Assembly (NCBI GenBank): GCA_016748015.1
Contig: JAAOMT010000435.1
Coordinates: forward strand, 227,223 to 291,222
Source of the DNA: Geosiphon pyriformis uo1
Taxonomy: Eukaryota > Fungi > Glomeromycota
Reading direction: 5' to 3'
DNA: 64,000 nucleotides
This document shows, in pieces, positions 10,848 through 24,179 of the stretch. Every line of letters begins with the position of its first letter. Within the stretch, counting starts at the first letter, position 1. Both the position numbers and the translations under genes were made by a program. The notes below the pieces were generated by a model, which saw nothing but the letters and a program-made list of their open reading frames with translations, did no database searches and was not told the origin of the DNA.

Positions 10848-12150
10848 GCATATATATTGTAAAAAACTACTGTGCAAAGCCATTAATAAATTGGTTTAAC
10901 ATTTGTAATATTGTAAAGTAATTCATGTTAATTGCTTGTATTTGGTGCAGATTTTTATGAAAGCATTCCAAATAAGTAGTGATTGCTTCTGCATTATTTT
11001 GCTTGATAGTAGTGAAGATAGTTGTTAAGTGATTAATACTATTATTATTACTAAAGTATCTTAAAAATTCAATTTTAAATGCATTAAAGATTAGGGATTT
11101 GTTGATTAAGCTCTAATATTACAAATTGGTAGTATCTTGTAAAAAATATGAGATGACTTATAAGACTCTGTCATTGTCTTATTCATTGGCTGTAATGGTT
11201 TTTGCCATATTATTTAGTCATGCTTGAGCATTATTTTTTTTACTGGTAAATTTTTTTAATTTGACAATTGGTACATATGTCATTGGTATAAGTTGTTATT
11301 ATTGTAGTTATAGTTGAATAACAGCAATTGGTACAACTAGAAGATTAATTACAATTACTGGAGGTATGTTTTGGGAAACAATAAGAGCAGAATTTAAATT
11401 GTTTGAGTTTTGCTAAGTTAAAACAATTGGAGTTTGTATTTCTGAGTTTTCTGAAATTGAGTTTTAATTATAAATTTCTTGATCATTGTTTTTTTTTTCT
11501 TCTGAGTCAGTTCTTTCCTAAAGACTAGTAGCTTTGAAATCTGGTGGCAGTAGTAATAATTAAAGTCCTAATAGGGTCATTAGTTATGATTTAAATTCTT
11601 CAAAAAAGTTGCTATAGGTTTTTAATAATTTGGCTTTTTCTTGGTTGTTTTGAAATAGTATTCTGAATAAAAGTGTTTTAATATAACCATAATTGATGTT
11701 ATTTGGATGGTATTTTTTAGTGTATAATAATATGATAGGTAAATAAGTAAAACTATTTTTGGTTTTTTTAATGTAAGTGGTTATATTCTTTTTGGTGTTC
11801 CTTTTGGAGTTTGTAATTTTCTTTTTTTATTATCTGTAAAGATAATAAAAAATTTCTGTCAGGTGCACTTCTCAATTTCTTTGTTGATTTTTGTGATTAG
11901 TAAGGTAAAAAAATGATTTTGTGGAAACATGATGCTTTAAAGTAATTTACTATAGAAATTGTTAAGTGCTGTTTCTAAATTTCTTTGGTCTCCCAAGTAG
12001 GATTTAATTTTTTGTTAATGTAGAAATTAAAAGCTGATTCTGCTGGTTAATAGTTACTTGTCAATTCAAGATAAGTTTGATAGTATTGGAATAAAGCTTT
12101 TATGAATTTCAAATAGTTGGTTCCTATTTTTTCTAATTCTGCTACTGTTC
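10848..12150 (-). pseudogene. Gypsy-1 gag N-terminal/capsid region, decayed
   Basis: Minus strand AELEKIGTNYLKFIKALFQYY.., IVKLKKFTSKK..WLN, FNAFKIEFLRYFSNNNSINHL, ILNQFINGFAQ; homologous to 42840-44700. Confidence 0.75.
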
Positions 12151-12190
12151 TGAATAATTGTTGTTGGTGCTGGTTCTCTACTGAATTATA

Positions 12191-12209
12191 CCTTACAGAA
12201 AGCACCAAA
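12191..12209 (-). promoter_or_regulatory. Primer-binding site of Gypsy-1
   Basis: Minus strand ttTGGTGCTTTCTGTAAGG, the same PBS and leader as 9781-9827. Confidence 0.75.
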
Positions 12210-13183
12210 TATTACAAATGCTTATTTGTGGTGTTAGTACAAATAACAAATTTGTAATTTAATGCTCAATAGCTTAATAATATTGGTAATTTTAAAAGTT
12301 TTTATAATTTAAAGATTTTGGTAGAGTTCTTTGTATAATAAACAAAAATTCAATTAATGTTTTAGTATCTGTTCTGAAAGTTTTTTCTGTAAATTTTTTT
12401 TTTAGTGTGGTGGTCAGTCTTTTTTAACAGTCTTGTTCTTCTGGTAAGCTATCTTCAATTTTATAAATTTTTTATTCTTGTTTCATAGATCTTTTACTAA
12501 GCTATTTTTAATATCAATAATTTAGCACTTAATTTTTTTAATCAATTAGTAAACAACAAAAAAATGAAACAAAAGAAAATAAAAAAAATAAAAAAAAATA
12601 AAAAAAAAATTAAGAAATTAATATCTCATTAATAGCCATAATCATGAGCTATTAGTCCAATGTAGTTAAGTATTAGATTTTATCAACATAGAGTGTTAAT
12701 AAAATAAAAGTGATTAATATTTCTTTGATTAAGTAATAATAATATAGATTTAGGTAATAATTGATATTTTATTGATATATAATTTTATTTTACTTTAAGT
12801 TGTAAAAAACTATTTTTTAAAAGGAAGAATATTGGGTAATTAATGAATTCTAACTGATTATTAGTATTGATTTTGTTCTTTTTGCTTCTAACACTTTTGC
12901 TATATAAACATAATTCTTGTTATATAAGATCTCATATTTTTTTGAGCAATGTGCTCTATTTTCTCTAATAATATATTCATTGTTAAGCAGTATGCCATAA
13001 TTTATTGACAATATACACATTGTTAAACAGTATGCCATAATTTATTGATAATATATATATTGTTAAACAATGTGTTATAATTTTCTGATATTGTGCTTAC
13101 TTGCTAAGTACTATTTTTTTATTGATCTATTTTTTTATTTGTTTTTCTTATTTTCTTTTTTTGTACTTTTTCTATAAGTAACA
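12210..13183 (-). repeat. 5' LTR of Gypsy-1
   Basis: tattaca (decayed TGTTACA)...agtaaca; right part matches 1-240; contains three 40-bp tandem units from ~12978. Confidence 0.9.
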
Positions 13184-16100
13184 ATGTCTCAAATTTTTTA
13201 AAGAACATAATTTTGAAAAAAAAAATTTTGTTTTTTCTTGTTGTTTTTCTTTAATATTTCTCAACTTAATAACTCTTTTATTGTAAATTAAAAGCTGTTT
13301 CAAGCAGTAGTATGTTTAAAAAAAACATTTAAAGAGACTTTTTATGGTTCTGTTAGTGGCTTTTTTTTCAAAAAAAAAGTTATTTTTGGTAATATTAAGC
13401 ATTTTAATAATAAGAAAAACATTTTTTTGATCAAATTTGGTCTTAATAATAATATGGTTTTGAATATAGATAATAATTTTAGTGATAGTAAAGATAGTAA
13501 CTCTGTAATTGGTATTAGTGATAAATTTTTTTTTGGTTCAGCTGCTATAATTTTTAAGGCCAAAATAATGTCTGGTGTAATTTGTGGTTTTTTTTTTGGT
13601 TTTTTTGATTTTGATATGAATAAAAAAGTTGGTTTACTTCTATTTTCTCTTAATATTTTTTAAACAAAAAATAAATTGACTTCAAAATAGTAAAAACTTC
13701 AGTTAAAGTTGCTGTTAAAAAATCTTTTACTTTGAATATTAATTTGTTAGCAGTAAAAAACAAATCAGCAATAGCTAAAACTTAAACAATCAGAAAATTT
13801 TTTTCATCAATCAATAATTTTGGAGAGGTTACTACTCTCTTAAAATTTGAAAAAATTATTAGATTAATGTTTATATTAAAAGAAAACATAAAAAAAACTA
13901 CATTATTGGCTTAAGAAAAAAAGAATTATTGTAAACAACAATATTAAAAAACAAGTAATACATTTAGATTAGACTGTAATTATCAAAAAATTCTCATAAA
14001 TACATCTAAAAAAATGATTGTTACTGCTTTTTCTAAGTTTGGTTAAGTGATGTCAATTTAATTACAATTAATTAGACTGTAACAAAAAACTGTAATAAAA
14101 TTTGTTAAATTGGCTTAAGCAGATTAGTTGGCAGCAAAATAGTTATTTTTAATTAGAAAAGATTTGGTACATATGACAAAAGCTATAGAAGATTAAATGT
14201 TTAGATATCTAGAAATCAGTTTAAAGTATTTTTGTTTACTTTATTCATAAGAATAACTGCTCATAATCTTAGTGCTCTATTAAAAAAGACAAATAAAAAA
14301 GCTTGCATCATAAATTAATCATTTAAAATTGGAAATAGAGTTCACTGTACTATGGTTGGTTTTGAATTAAAAAAAAAACTTAAATTTATTTTTTACATAA
14401 ATCTAATTTTTAATAATATAAAACTTTCTTGAATTAGTATAAATTTGGTTTGATGTAAAAAATATGGACATTTTGAATACTTTGTTCTAAAATGTAATAT
14501 ATCTGGTATATTACTTTTGTTTTCTAAAAATTTTTTAAAAAAGTTGTTTTGAAAGAGAATTATTTCTAGTTGGCCAGATTATATGCTAAAAAAAGTGTTT
14601 CTATTTCCTGTCCTGCCATATTTAGTGGCAAATTTTGGGCTTAAGTAGTTTCACTTACTGTTTTTTTTAATTATACTTGTTCTGATTTTGGTTTTGGTTC
14701 TGGATTTTTTTTTTAATACATTATGTATTAAAAAAAGTCTTCTAATTGTTCAAGATAATTTATCTATTAATGTTTATTTGATGTCTTTAAAATGCTCTTT
14801 AAAGCTTTTGGCAAATTAAGTATTAAATATTGTGCAAAAATTAAGCTTTGTGAATTTTGTGTTTATAATAACTATTTCTCAATCTTTTTTTTTTACTATG
14901 TTTGTATCATTAAATTCGAATTTAGATTTGAATATAATTTTAAATAGCTTATCTGTATTATCTGTTCTTCTTTCTTTAATTGTAAATAAAAAAATTTTAG
15001 ATTTGAATTTAAGTAAATCAAAAATTCTAACCACTAAAATGAGTTGCTTGAAAACAAAAATAATGGCTTTTAAAGTTTCAATTAGTTTGGTTTTGGTAAA
15101 ATTAAATCAGTTGTGCTCTGGTTTGAACTCTCTAATACTTTCATTATTTCAATAACTAATTTAATATAAAAATTTACTACATGTAATATTCAGAGTATCA
15201 ATGTTTCTGCAAAGCAAGAAGACATTGTTTATTGGCATAAAAGTTTGAATAATATAGTTTTTATTATTATAGAAACAAAGTTAAGATCTAGTATTAAGCC
15301 ATAGATTGTGAATAAATTTGATAGAGTACAAATTTTTATATCTGGTTTGGATAGAAGTTTTTTGGTGCTAGTGTGATTATTTTTATAAACAATTCTCTGG
15401 TTCAACACATTTCTAAGATAAAAAAAGTTCTTAGTTAGGTTATTTTAATACAGTTTTTTTTAAAAGCAAAGCTTTCAGTTATGATATTGGATTTATATGT
15501 TGGTATTTCTGCTAAAATTAAGTTTGGTTAGGCTGTAAAAGTTAACTTTTGTATTGCTAAAGCAGTTAACTCCAGTACTTTTATGGTTTTAAATAAAGAT
15601 TTCAATAAAAATAGACTTAAGAAGAATGTAAGTTTCAAGTTCTGTTTAAATTTAAGATTGGTCAATTTGTTTAATAAAAATTTATTAGTTAAAGTTTTCA
15701 TTTAGAGCAATTTAAGAGATGTTAAAAAGATCATAAATTATATTTTTGTAAGTAAAAATTTGTTGTTAGTAGTAACTAGTTATAGAGTTAGCTCTGTTTC
15801 TGATTTTTTTGATATCAATCACAAAACAGTTTTGGTTTCAATTAGTTTGGGTGGTCTTTTAGATGTCTATTTGAATAATATGTGCAAGTAAGCTAATAAA
15901 AATTGCTGGAAATTCAAAATTAAGAATGCAAATTATGTCAAATTAATATAATTTAGAAAGTATTCTTCTGTCAAATTTTTAGTAATGGTAAAAAAGTTTT
16001 TAGAAGTTAAGATTTGTGAAAATTTAGACATCATATAAGAGCTGTTGAAAAAAGTAATAGTGAAATTAGTTGATAAAACATTTTCTAAATTTTGGTTCAG

Positions 16101-19100
16101 TAAGTTTTAGTGTTCAAGAAACAGGCAGTTTTTAAAATTTTTTGGATTAAAAATACTGATTGCCAAGATTGTTAAGAAATTAAGCTTAGATAATATAATT
16201 AAATTCGATTGTTTTGCTAAAAAATAATCATTTTTGAATAATAAAAAAGCTTTTAAGATTATGAATATGATTTAAAATAGTAAAAAATTAATAAATATTT
16301 TTGAATATTTGTTAACAGTTCAGAAGAAGTACAAAAAGTTCAAACTTTATAAGTTAAAAATGGCTAAAAAAACATTCATTAGAAAGACAATTAAGAAATA
16401 CATAGAAAGTTTTTGTTCTAGTAAAGAAAGTATAATAAGTAGTATTTTGAATTGGTTTTTTTATAAAGTAGTTTTGGATTACTTAGTAATAAAAAATAAG
16501 TTGGTTTTGGAGCCAAAAAAAGTTAATCTTAATATTGACAAGATTATAAAAAATTGGACAAAAAAGTAAATTATATTTATAATAATATTTGATCTTTGGA
16601 CTTGCCAATATATATTATTAGACTATATAAATAATAATGCTTTTTTTGAAATAATAAAAAAGATTAGTATAAAAGAATTAATTATGATTATTAATGGTCT
16701 GCTTAATAGCAAAGCTGTTAGATTATTTGGTATTCTTAATAAATTTTAGAAGCATAATAGTAATACTGTAGTAAGATGTCTTTTAGAACTTCTGAATACA
16801 TGTTTATTTCTTAATAATATTTTTGTTTTATGAAAAAAAATATAGATCTTGATAATTCCTAAGCCTTATAATTAAAATAGAGTTTTAATAAACACTTAAC
16901 CTATTGCATTAATTAAAACAACCAGAAAAATTCTCTATAAGACTCTTTTAAATCAAATTTTGTCTATATATAGTAAGTTTGATATTCTTTAAAGTAACAA
17001 TTTTTTAATATTAAAGAGCACTTTAATTCAGTCTCTTGTATTTGTTATTGAGTTTGTAATTAAAGATGTTTTAAAAAAAAACAGAGAACTGTAGTTGTTT
17101 CTATAAAATATGTGCAAAGCATATGACTTAGTTAAATAATATTACTTAAAAACTAGCTTGCAACAAATCAAGATGTGCAATCAGTTTATTAAATTTTTTG
17201 GCAGCATATATAAAAATAAAATCAACAGAGTAATGATTAATTTTGGTTTCTTAAATGGCTATAAAGTATATGATTTTTTTATCTTTTCTTTAAAAATTTT
17301 TTATGATTTATTTTTATATAAAATTAAGAGATATGAACATTTATGTAGATATCAAATTAATATCAAGTTTGTAGCCAAAACAGATAAAATTGAGAATAAT
17401 GATAAAATAACTTCTTTTTTTTCTGCTAATATATTTGTAAATAACACAATTTGGATTGAAAATTGTTAAGTTTTTATAAAATATTCTTTGGACATTATGA
17501 GTGAATTTTTTATAATCAATAATATTTTAATAAACAATAAAAAAACAGTGGTTATTTTTATTAATCAAAGTGTTAAGATTGTTTTTTTAAAAATTAGTGG
17601 CCTACTAATTTCAATTGCCAAGAAAAGTAAAGTACACAAATACCTAGAAATATTTTTATCAACTGAGAGGTTATTAAAGCCAAATTTGGCTAAGATTCAT
17701 TCTGATATTCAATTTTTTGTTAATGTAATACTTAAAAAAACTATTATAGATAAACAGTTCTTTTATTTGGTGTTGGCTGTCTTGTAGTCTATTGTCAGCT
17801 ATAGGTTTTAGTTTAGTTTTGTTTTATCTAATATGTATTATAAATAAAACATTATGATTAGAAAAAATCTCAAATCCAAAGCCAATTTACTATATAATTT
17901 TTCTAGTAAAGCATTGTACTATCTTTCTTTTTATGGTTTAAAGTCATTTAAATAAATACAGACCAAAAATAAATTAATATCTGTAGTGTATTTCTTTAAT
18001 GCTTTAGGCATTTTTAGACAATTGTTTTATCAAACTTGTAAATTTTGGACTGAACTTTTTCAAATTTCTTGTAATGTTCTGTAAAATTGCATATCAGTTT
18101 TGTTAATAATTTTTTTGGTCAATGGTTTGTTTTTAAGTAATAATTTGCTTAGTATATTTTATAATCTTAGAAAATTTTAATGTCTAATATTTTAAAAAAG
18201 TTTTTGTATTATAATTTAATTTGTTTTTTGAAAAAATTTAGAATGGTATTTGAAAATAGGCTTTTAAACAAAAAAAATAGTATAATAAATTGAAAAACAT
18301 TTTATTATTAAAAAAAGTTAGATTTTAGAAGCCTTGTACTATTTTGGTTCAGATTGGCATCAAAGTTTTTGCACACTATCTGTTAATTTTGCTTAAAATA
18401 ATATGTTATATGATTTGAGTATTCTGAAATCTAACAAGTTTTTTGATATGTATAAACATTTATATAAGATTTAGTCTAATATTATCAAGATGTATACAAA
18501 TGGTTCTTTAAAAAACATAAGTTTTGCTAATATTACCAATAGGACTGTCATGTATTTTTCAGCCATAAATGTGAATATTAAAATTGAAATAAATAGTTTT
18601 CTGTTATCTATTTTGGTTGAATTACAGACTGTTGTTTTGTTTTTGGAGTGTATTGTTTTGTTTTGTGTGGTAATTTTGCATCTGAATAGCCAGACAGCTA
18701 TTGATATTTGTGTTGTTGAAAAAGATTTTGTGATGTCTAACTTTTGTAATTATTATTGAATAGAAAAAAGACATATTGCAAATTTAATAAGAGATAAGGA
18801 TTTTTTAGTTAAATAGATAAAAATCAAGAGTCATTTGGAAATTTCAAACAATGAAAAAGCAGGTCAAATAATAAATGAAACTATTAGTTTTTCTTTGTTT
18901 CTGCCAAGTAAAATACATGAACATTATATTGTAATAACAAAGCTGTTTCTAATAATACTCAATATTTTATTTATAATATGTACTGTTCTATTTGTTGTAC
19001 TTAATAAGAAGTTGGTTTTGATTGTAAAATAGTATCAAGCAATTTAATTAAAAACATAGATTAGTTGTCTACTGTAAAAGTATAACATCTTAATTAGCAT

Positions 19101-19349
19101 ATGTTGTTTAAATTTACTAGCAGAGTTTCTGTCAATTTGTGCACATATTTAATAAAAGCTATACATAAATATTTGCCAATAGCAATTAGAAAAAGATTGT
19201 ATAATAAGAAGTATTTGAGTGTATTGTACTTATTTTATGACAAAGTAAAACTTCCAAATTATGTCTTTATTTGCACTAGAAGTGTTAAATTTTGTGAAAA
19301 AATATTGTTAGAGTTTTCTAATCTTTGAAAATTATTGGTTGGAGTTTGT

Positions 19350-19350
<1 letters not shown>
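13184..19350 (+). mobile_element. LINE copy 1 (ORF1 + APE-RT-RNaseH-CCHC ORF2), heavily decayed, 3' end missing
   Basis: 5' UTR resembles that of LINE-2; ORF1 ~13312-15155; ORF2 from 15152 (KFTTCNIQSIN), then RT (IFVNNTIWI = FVDD decayed), RNase H (MYTNGS..VELQTV..LNSQ) and YLSVLYLFY (decayed CxxC); stops at poly-T 19351. Confidence 0.9.
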
Positions 19351-19404
<54 letters not shown>

Positions 19405-19525
19405 TAAAGATTTTACGAGTGCAGTCCAACTACTACCTAAGTATATAAAATACACAGAATCTAAATTAAGCATGATTCATGCTTTTTCTACACGTAACTA
19501 GCCACTCGGACCAACCAAGGCAGCA

Positions 19526-22500
19526 CTATGCATCCATAATTCCTGCTACAAAAAAACCACTAAAGAAACCAAAGTCCAATTTTGTAAGACATGAGTGCAA
19601 CCCAAAGCACATGTGAACATCCAACCTGAGACCAAAATCTTGGATTGACCCAGCAGACCACAAAGAAGACAGACCAGACACTGAAGAAAAAAAAGAGCTG
19701 TCTCATGGCAGAAGGTTATGCTTTTCATAATAAGATCTCAACTTAGCTGTTGGTATCCAAACGGCTGACCTGTGACTTTCAGCAAAATAACAAACAAAAT
19801 TGACAACCAACATACTTCCACCAAAACCAGCATCTAAATGGCTTACTGTGTCAGCCACTCAGCCTTTCAACACAAGACTTTTAACTAATGCTGTGAATAG
19901 ATCAATAGAAGATCCAGCCTCAAGCAGCAAATTAGCAATCGCATTTCCATCAGTAGAAATTCTCAGTGTCACATTTCACTCCATAGAAGCATCAAACAAC
20001 AAAGTTTCCCTAATATTGGCATCATGAACACAAGAAAACACGTGATTAGAGTCTTCCACCAATCCACACCAAATGCAGACAATACTTGGATATCTCAGAT
20101 TGTATAATTTTTTCCTTTTGGCCATTGGTAAGTGGTGGTGAAGCACCTTTATAAGATATGACTGAAGTGTCACTGATGCATTACTGGTGTAGCCATATTT
20201 GATCTTGCCATCAGGATGCCAAACACAAAAGGTTTTGGCCTTATCAAAACAGTCACAAAAACCTGCACTAATAAAGCTACCAACACATTTGGCTTCCCAA
20301 CTGACAAAGTGAACAGCATTAAACAATTTTTTGACAACATGACAAGCATTTCCGGAGACAGGCCTGTCTTCAACTCTAAGAAAGTAATAAAAAACCACAA
20401 GAGGCAGAAAAAACTTAGAAGCAACAGTGGCATCAGCATAAAAATTGGCACATTCATTTCCAACAACACCAGAATGACTCTTGACTTTGTTCCAATTAAC
20501 TGATAAGTCTTTTCTAGAGATAATGCAGCGAATATGTTCTTTTTTGATCCAGCATTTGTCATGAAAATTAGGACTAAACATATCACCACCAGATTCGCAC
20601 AAGTTCAGTGAAGTCTGGCTGTCAGTAAACAAATTAATAGACTGAGAAGTGGGCACACACTCTAAAACAAGTGCAATGGCTTGCAGCTCCACCAGAGTTG
20701 AGGACAACAACTCATCCACCTTGACCCCAATGCTAATGTTTGCATCTGGAAAGTAGGTGGCAGCACCATCACAAACACTCAACAAACCCAAACTTTTGAC
20801 AGAACTATCTGTATAGATGGTTACAGAACTCAAATCAGAATTCAGCAAATGTTCATTGATGTAACCAAAGTTACAAAAAGAGTCAGTGAGAGCTGAACAA
20901 TAAGGCAACACCACACAATTTGACAAACCAGACAGGAACCAGGCCTCTAGGATCCAGCTTCTTTTATCTGCGAAAAGTGTTCTACTTAAAACATGCACCT
21001 TGGCAGTCCAAAAGCTGATGAACAAACACTATGCCATACCTCCTAAGAGATCTTGCCACACACAAATAAGACTTTAAACCGAGCACATCCAAAACTGCGA
21101 TACTATTCTTGGCCCAAAAAACATCAGGCAGATTACCACCCAATGAGAGGTTGCACAACTTGAGAACATGTGTCACACCAGCCAAAAAACAATTTGTGAG
21201 ATCAATTAGCAAATTGATCGAAACTCTTAGAGAGTGCTGGAACATCCAGCTAGTGGCTTGCAACTCCATGGTTCTGTGCTCGAATAGTTTACCAAGGATT
21301 CCATCAGCATTCACAAACACAACCAAGCCAGCCAATATATTCTCAGCCAGTACTTGTTCAAAAGTCCTTAAACCATATAATTCTGAATAATACAAAGTCT
21401 CATTTGGAAAATTCTTGGGTAGATTGGCCTTGAGCTTTAATCTCTTCCTCAACATTTTGTCTCACTTTTCACAAACACTCTTAAAGATACAACTAAACTG
21501 TAGCCTGTAACTAATTATGGGCTGCAGAACAGCAGAGACTAAATACAAAAATTGCTTTTCAGTAATAGTCTTCCTTAACACTACATTTGAAAAGAACCTA
21601 ATATCCAAATAGGCTTTGGCTAAACTTGGCTTAGATAGGCTATCTGTAGAAAAAAAAATCCCTAAGTATCAGTAAGACACACCCTTCTTGGCAATAAAAA
21701 TCCTAGAGCCACTGATTGACAAAGAAATCTCCCTGGCCCCTCAATTGATAGGAATAACAACTGTTTTGTCTGTGTTGATAGCAATATCATTAATTGAAAA
21801 AAATTTATTTGCAACATCCAAAATGCATTGTGTGGCCGCCAGACAATTCCCAACCCAAATAGTGTCATCCACAAAGGCACTGGCTGCAAAATAGGAGGTT
21901 TTGCCACCCTTAGGGTCAGCTCTACCTGTTCTGGTAAAAAATTTAGAATTCAATCTATAGCCACACAATTGTTCATGCCTTTTGACCTTACAAAGCAAAA
22001 AGTCATAAAAGATCTTCCACAACAATGGTGAAAAAACTTCTTCTTAATCCAACCCATTATGAACAACATATCCATCAGTTAGACTAAAGTTTGTCATTAC
22101 CCGATTGGTCTGATTATTGTGTATATTTCCAAAAAGTTTAATAAAACAGAGGCACATTTTGATCTTAGTTAGACTATTTTACAGATAAAGCCATCTGACT
22201 GAGTCATAAGCTTTTTGCATATTCTGAAGCACCAGCCACAGCTCTCTGTTCTTCTCAAATGCATCTTCAATGATAGAACCAACAGTGAAGATAGGAGTTT
22301 GAGTAGATGTACCCTTTAAAACTAAAAAATTGTCCCCACAAAGGACATCAGAAACACTACAAGCCAGAGATATTCTGTTAGACAGAACCTTAGACAGTAT
22401 CTTCTTGGCTGTCTCAATCAAAGCTATTGGTCTGATATTGGTAAGTGTTCCTTCTCAATTATAGAACTTTGATATCATGAAAATCCAGACTTGCTTTCAC

Positions 22501-24179
22501 TGTGAAAAAACTGCCCTTAACTTTAAGCACACATTAAGAATGTTAAGCAGACCACCCAAAACCTGAGCATCTCCATGCTTCCAAAGCTTATTAGGAATAC
22601 CAGACATGCCAGCAGCTTTTCTATCAGGCAGTTTTTTGACTATTAAGAGAAACTCATCTGATTTAATCATATTCATGACCTTTGAAAATGCATTATTACT
22701 AACATGGTCTAAGGGAGCATATTGATTAGACCAACAAACAGGCAGAGAGACAGGAGCAACTCATTTCCTCGTCCATCCCTCCATGATGTCATCAACAGCA
22801 GATTTAACCTTCTTGAACTCCAAAATTAACTCATTGTTCAATATTAGATGGTTCAGCACAACTTTTTTGAATGGCCAATCCAAAACACTTTTGATCATAA
22901 GTCCCTTATTGGAGCTAAAGTTTTCTATTCATTTGTCTATTGCTCTTCTGATTGAAATATCTCTGGCCATCCTAAACTCATAATATTTAGACTTTCAGTA
23001 CACTTTTTTAACTCTTAATAGGTGTTGAAGAATGCTCACCCTGGTCTCATTATCATTAAACATTGTGCACACTTTGGAGGCCCCCTTATTATCAAGATTA
23101 GACCACACCTTAAAGAGGTGAACAGCATCCAATTTTTCACCCAAGCTCAAACATTTCACCAACTTGGCCACCAACAATTCCAACTTGAAAAACTTTGAAG
23201 ACAGCTTATTTTTTAAACAATCAAACTCACTAAACCAATGTCTAGAAAACACCTTATCTGCTGAGTAAAAAACCACATCCTTAAGAATTTTCCACATGAC
23301 ATTCAAATCTCCATTAACTTTTGTATTATTAAATGAAACCATGTTTTCCAAGAACTTGTCTAAAGAATATTCCCTAAAGTGTGACCACTTATTAGCATCC
23401 ACATCCTTGATCTTGAATTTCCATTTATCTTTATTGGTCTGTTTATGCTTACTATTGAGATGAGAATCCAAGAGACCACCCAAACCAACAGAAACCAGAA
23501 CAGCATTATGATCAGTATTAAAGAAATCAGAGACAGAAGTGACTTCATGACCAGCCAAAGCAGATGACAAATTTTTGCTCACAAAAATGTAGTCAATAAT
23601 CTTCACAACACCCCAGGAATTGCTTCAAGTGGAAGCTTTGACCAAAGGATGTCTGCTAAAGGAGTTGACCAACCCCAAATCTGAGCAAAACTTAAGATTA
23701 CCACTTTTCCTAGATCTATCTTCATTGAAGTCACCACCCAGAATTATGAATGTAGAAAAATTAGCAGTCTTGGCAATAAAAGAGTTAATTTCACAAGCTT
23801 GGCCAAATCTAGTCTCAGCAGAAGCACCTGCATACAGGCCCAAAATCACAACTGACAACTTGCCCTTAAAAAGAAGCCGAATAGAGAGAAGATAACCAGG
23901 TACCTCCTCAATCTTAGAAACATGATGAACAAGAGAATTGTTTACAATAATCATCACTCCAGCACCAAGAAACCCATTGTCCAAACCAGAAAAGAATATT
24001 TTCATTTCATCAAACTTGTTCATAATCCAAGGTCTAATATTAGACCTCAACTTCATTTCCGTAACAATAGAAACCATATTCCCAAAATCAATATGCCAAT
24101 GAACAACATCTTTCTGTTTGGCAGAGACATTGATACCACAAACATTGTATGTTGCAATTTTTCAAACCAGCTCCATCAT
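19526..24179 (-). pseudogene. LINE-2 ORF2: AP endonuclease, RT, RNase H, C-terminal CCHC (fragmented by stops and frameshifts)
   Basis: APE: IATYNVCGIN, VTEMKL, ILGGDFNE, IIDYIFVS, TDHNAV; RT: LIETAKKILSK, QNMQKAYDSV, GLD*EEVFSPLLW, AFVDDT, YLG; RNH: IYTDSS, VELQAI, FTDSQ, KVKSHSGVVGNE; CIWCGLVEDSNHVFSC. Confidence 0.93.

Larger units (their letters stand above)
1..13183 (-). mobile_element. Ty3/Gypsy LTR retrotransposon 'Gypsy-1' (decayed; 3' LTR cut by window edge; two nested LTR insertions in gag)
   Basis: Matching LTRs (1-240 aligns with ~12900-13183, both ending ...ctataagtaa(c/t)a); PBS at 12191-12209; PPT at 241-254; minus-strand domain order gag-PR-dUTPase-RT-RNaseH-IN, i.e. Gypsy order. 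Confidence 0.93.
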
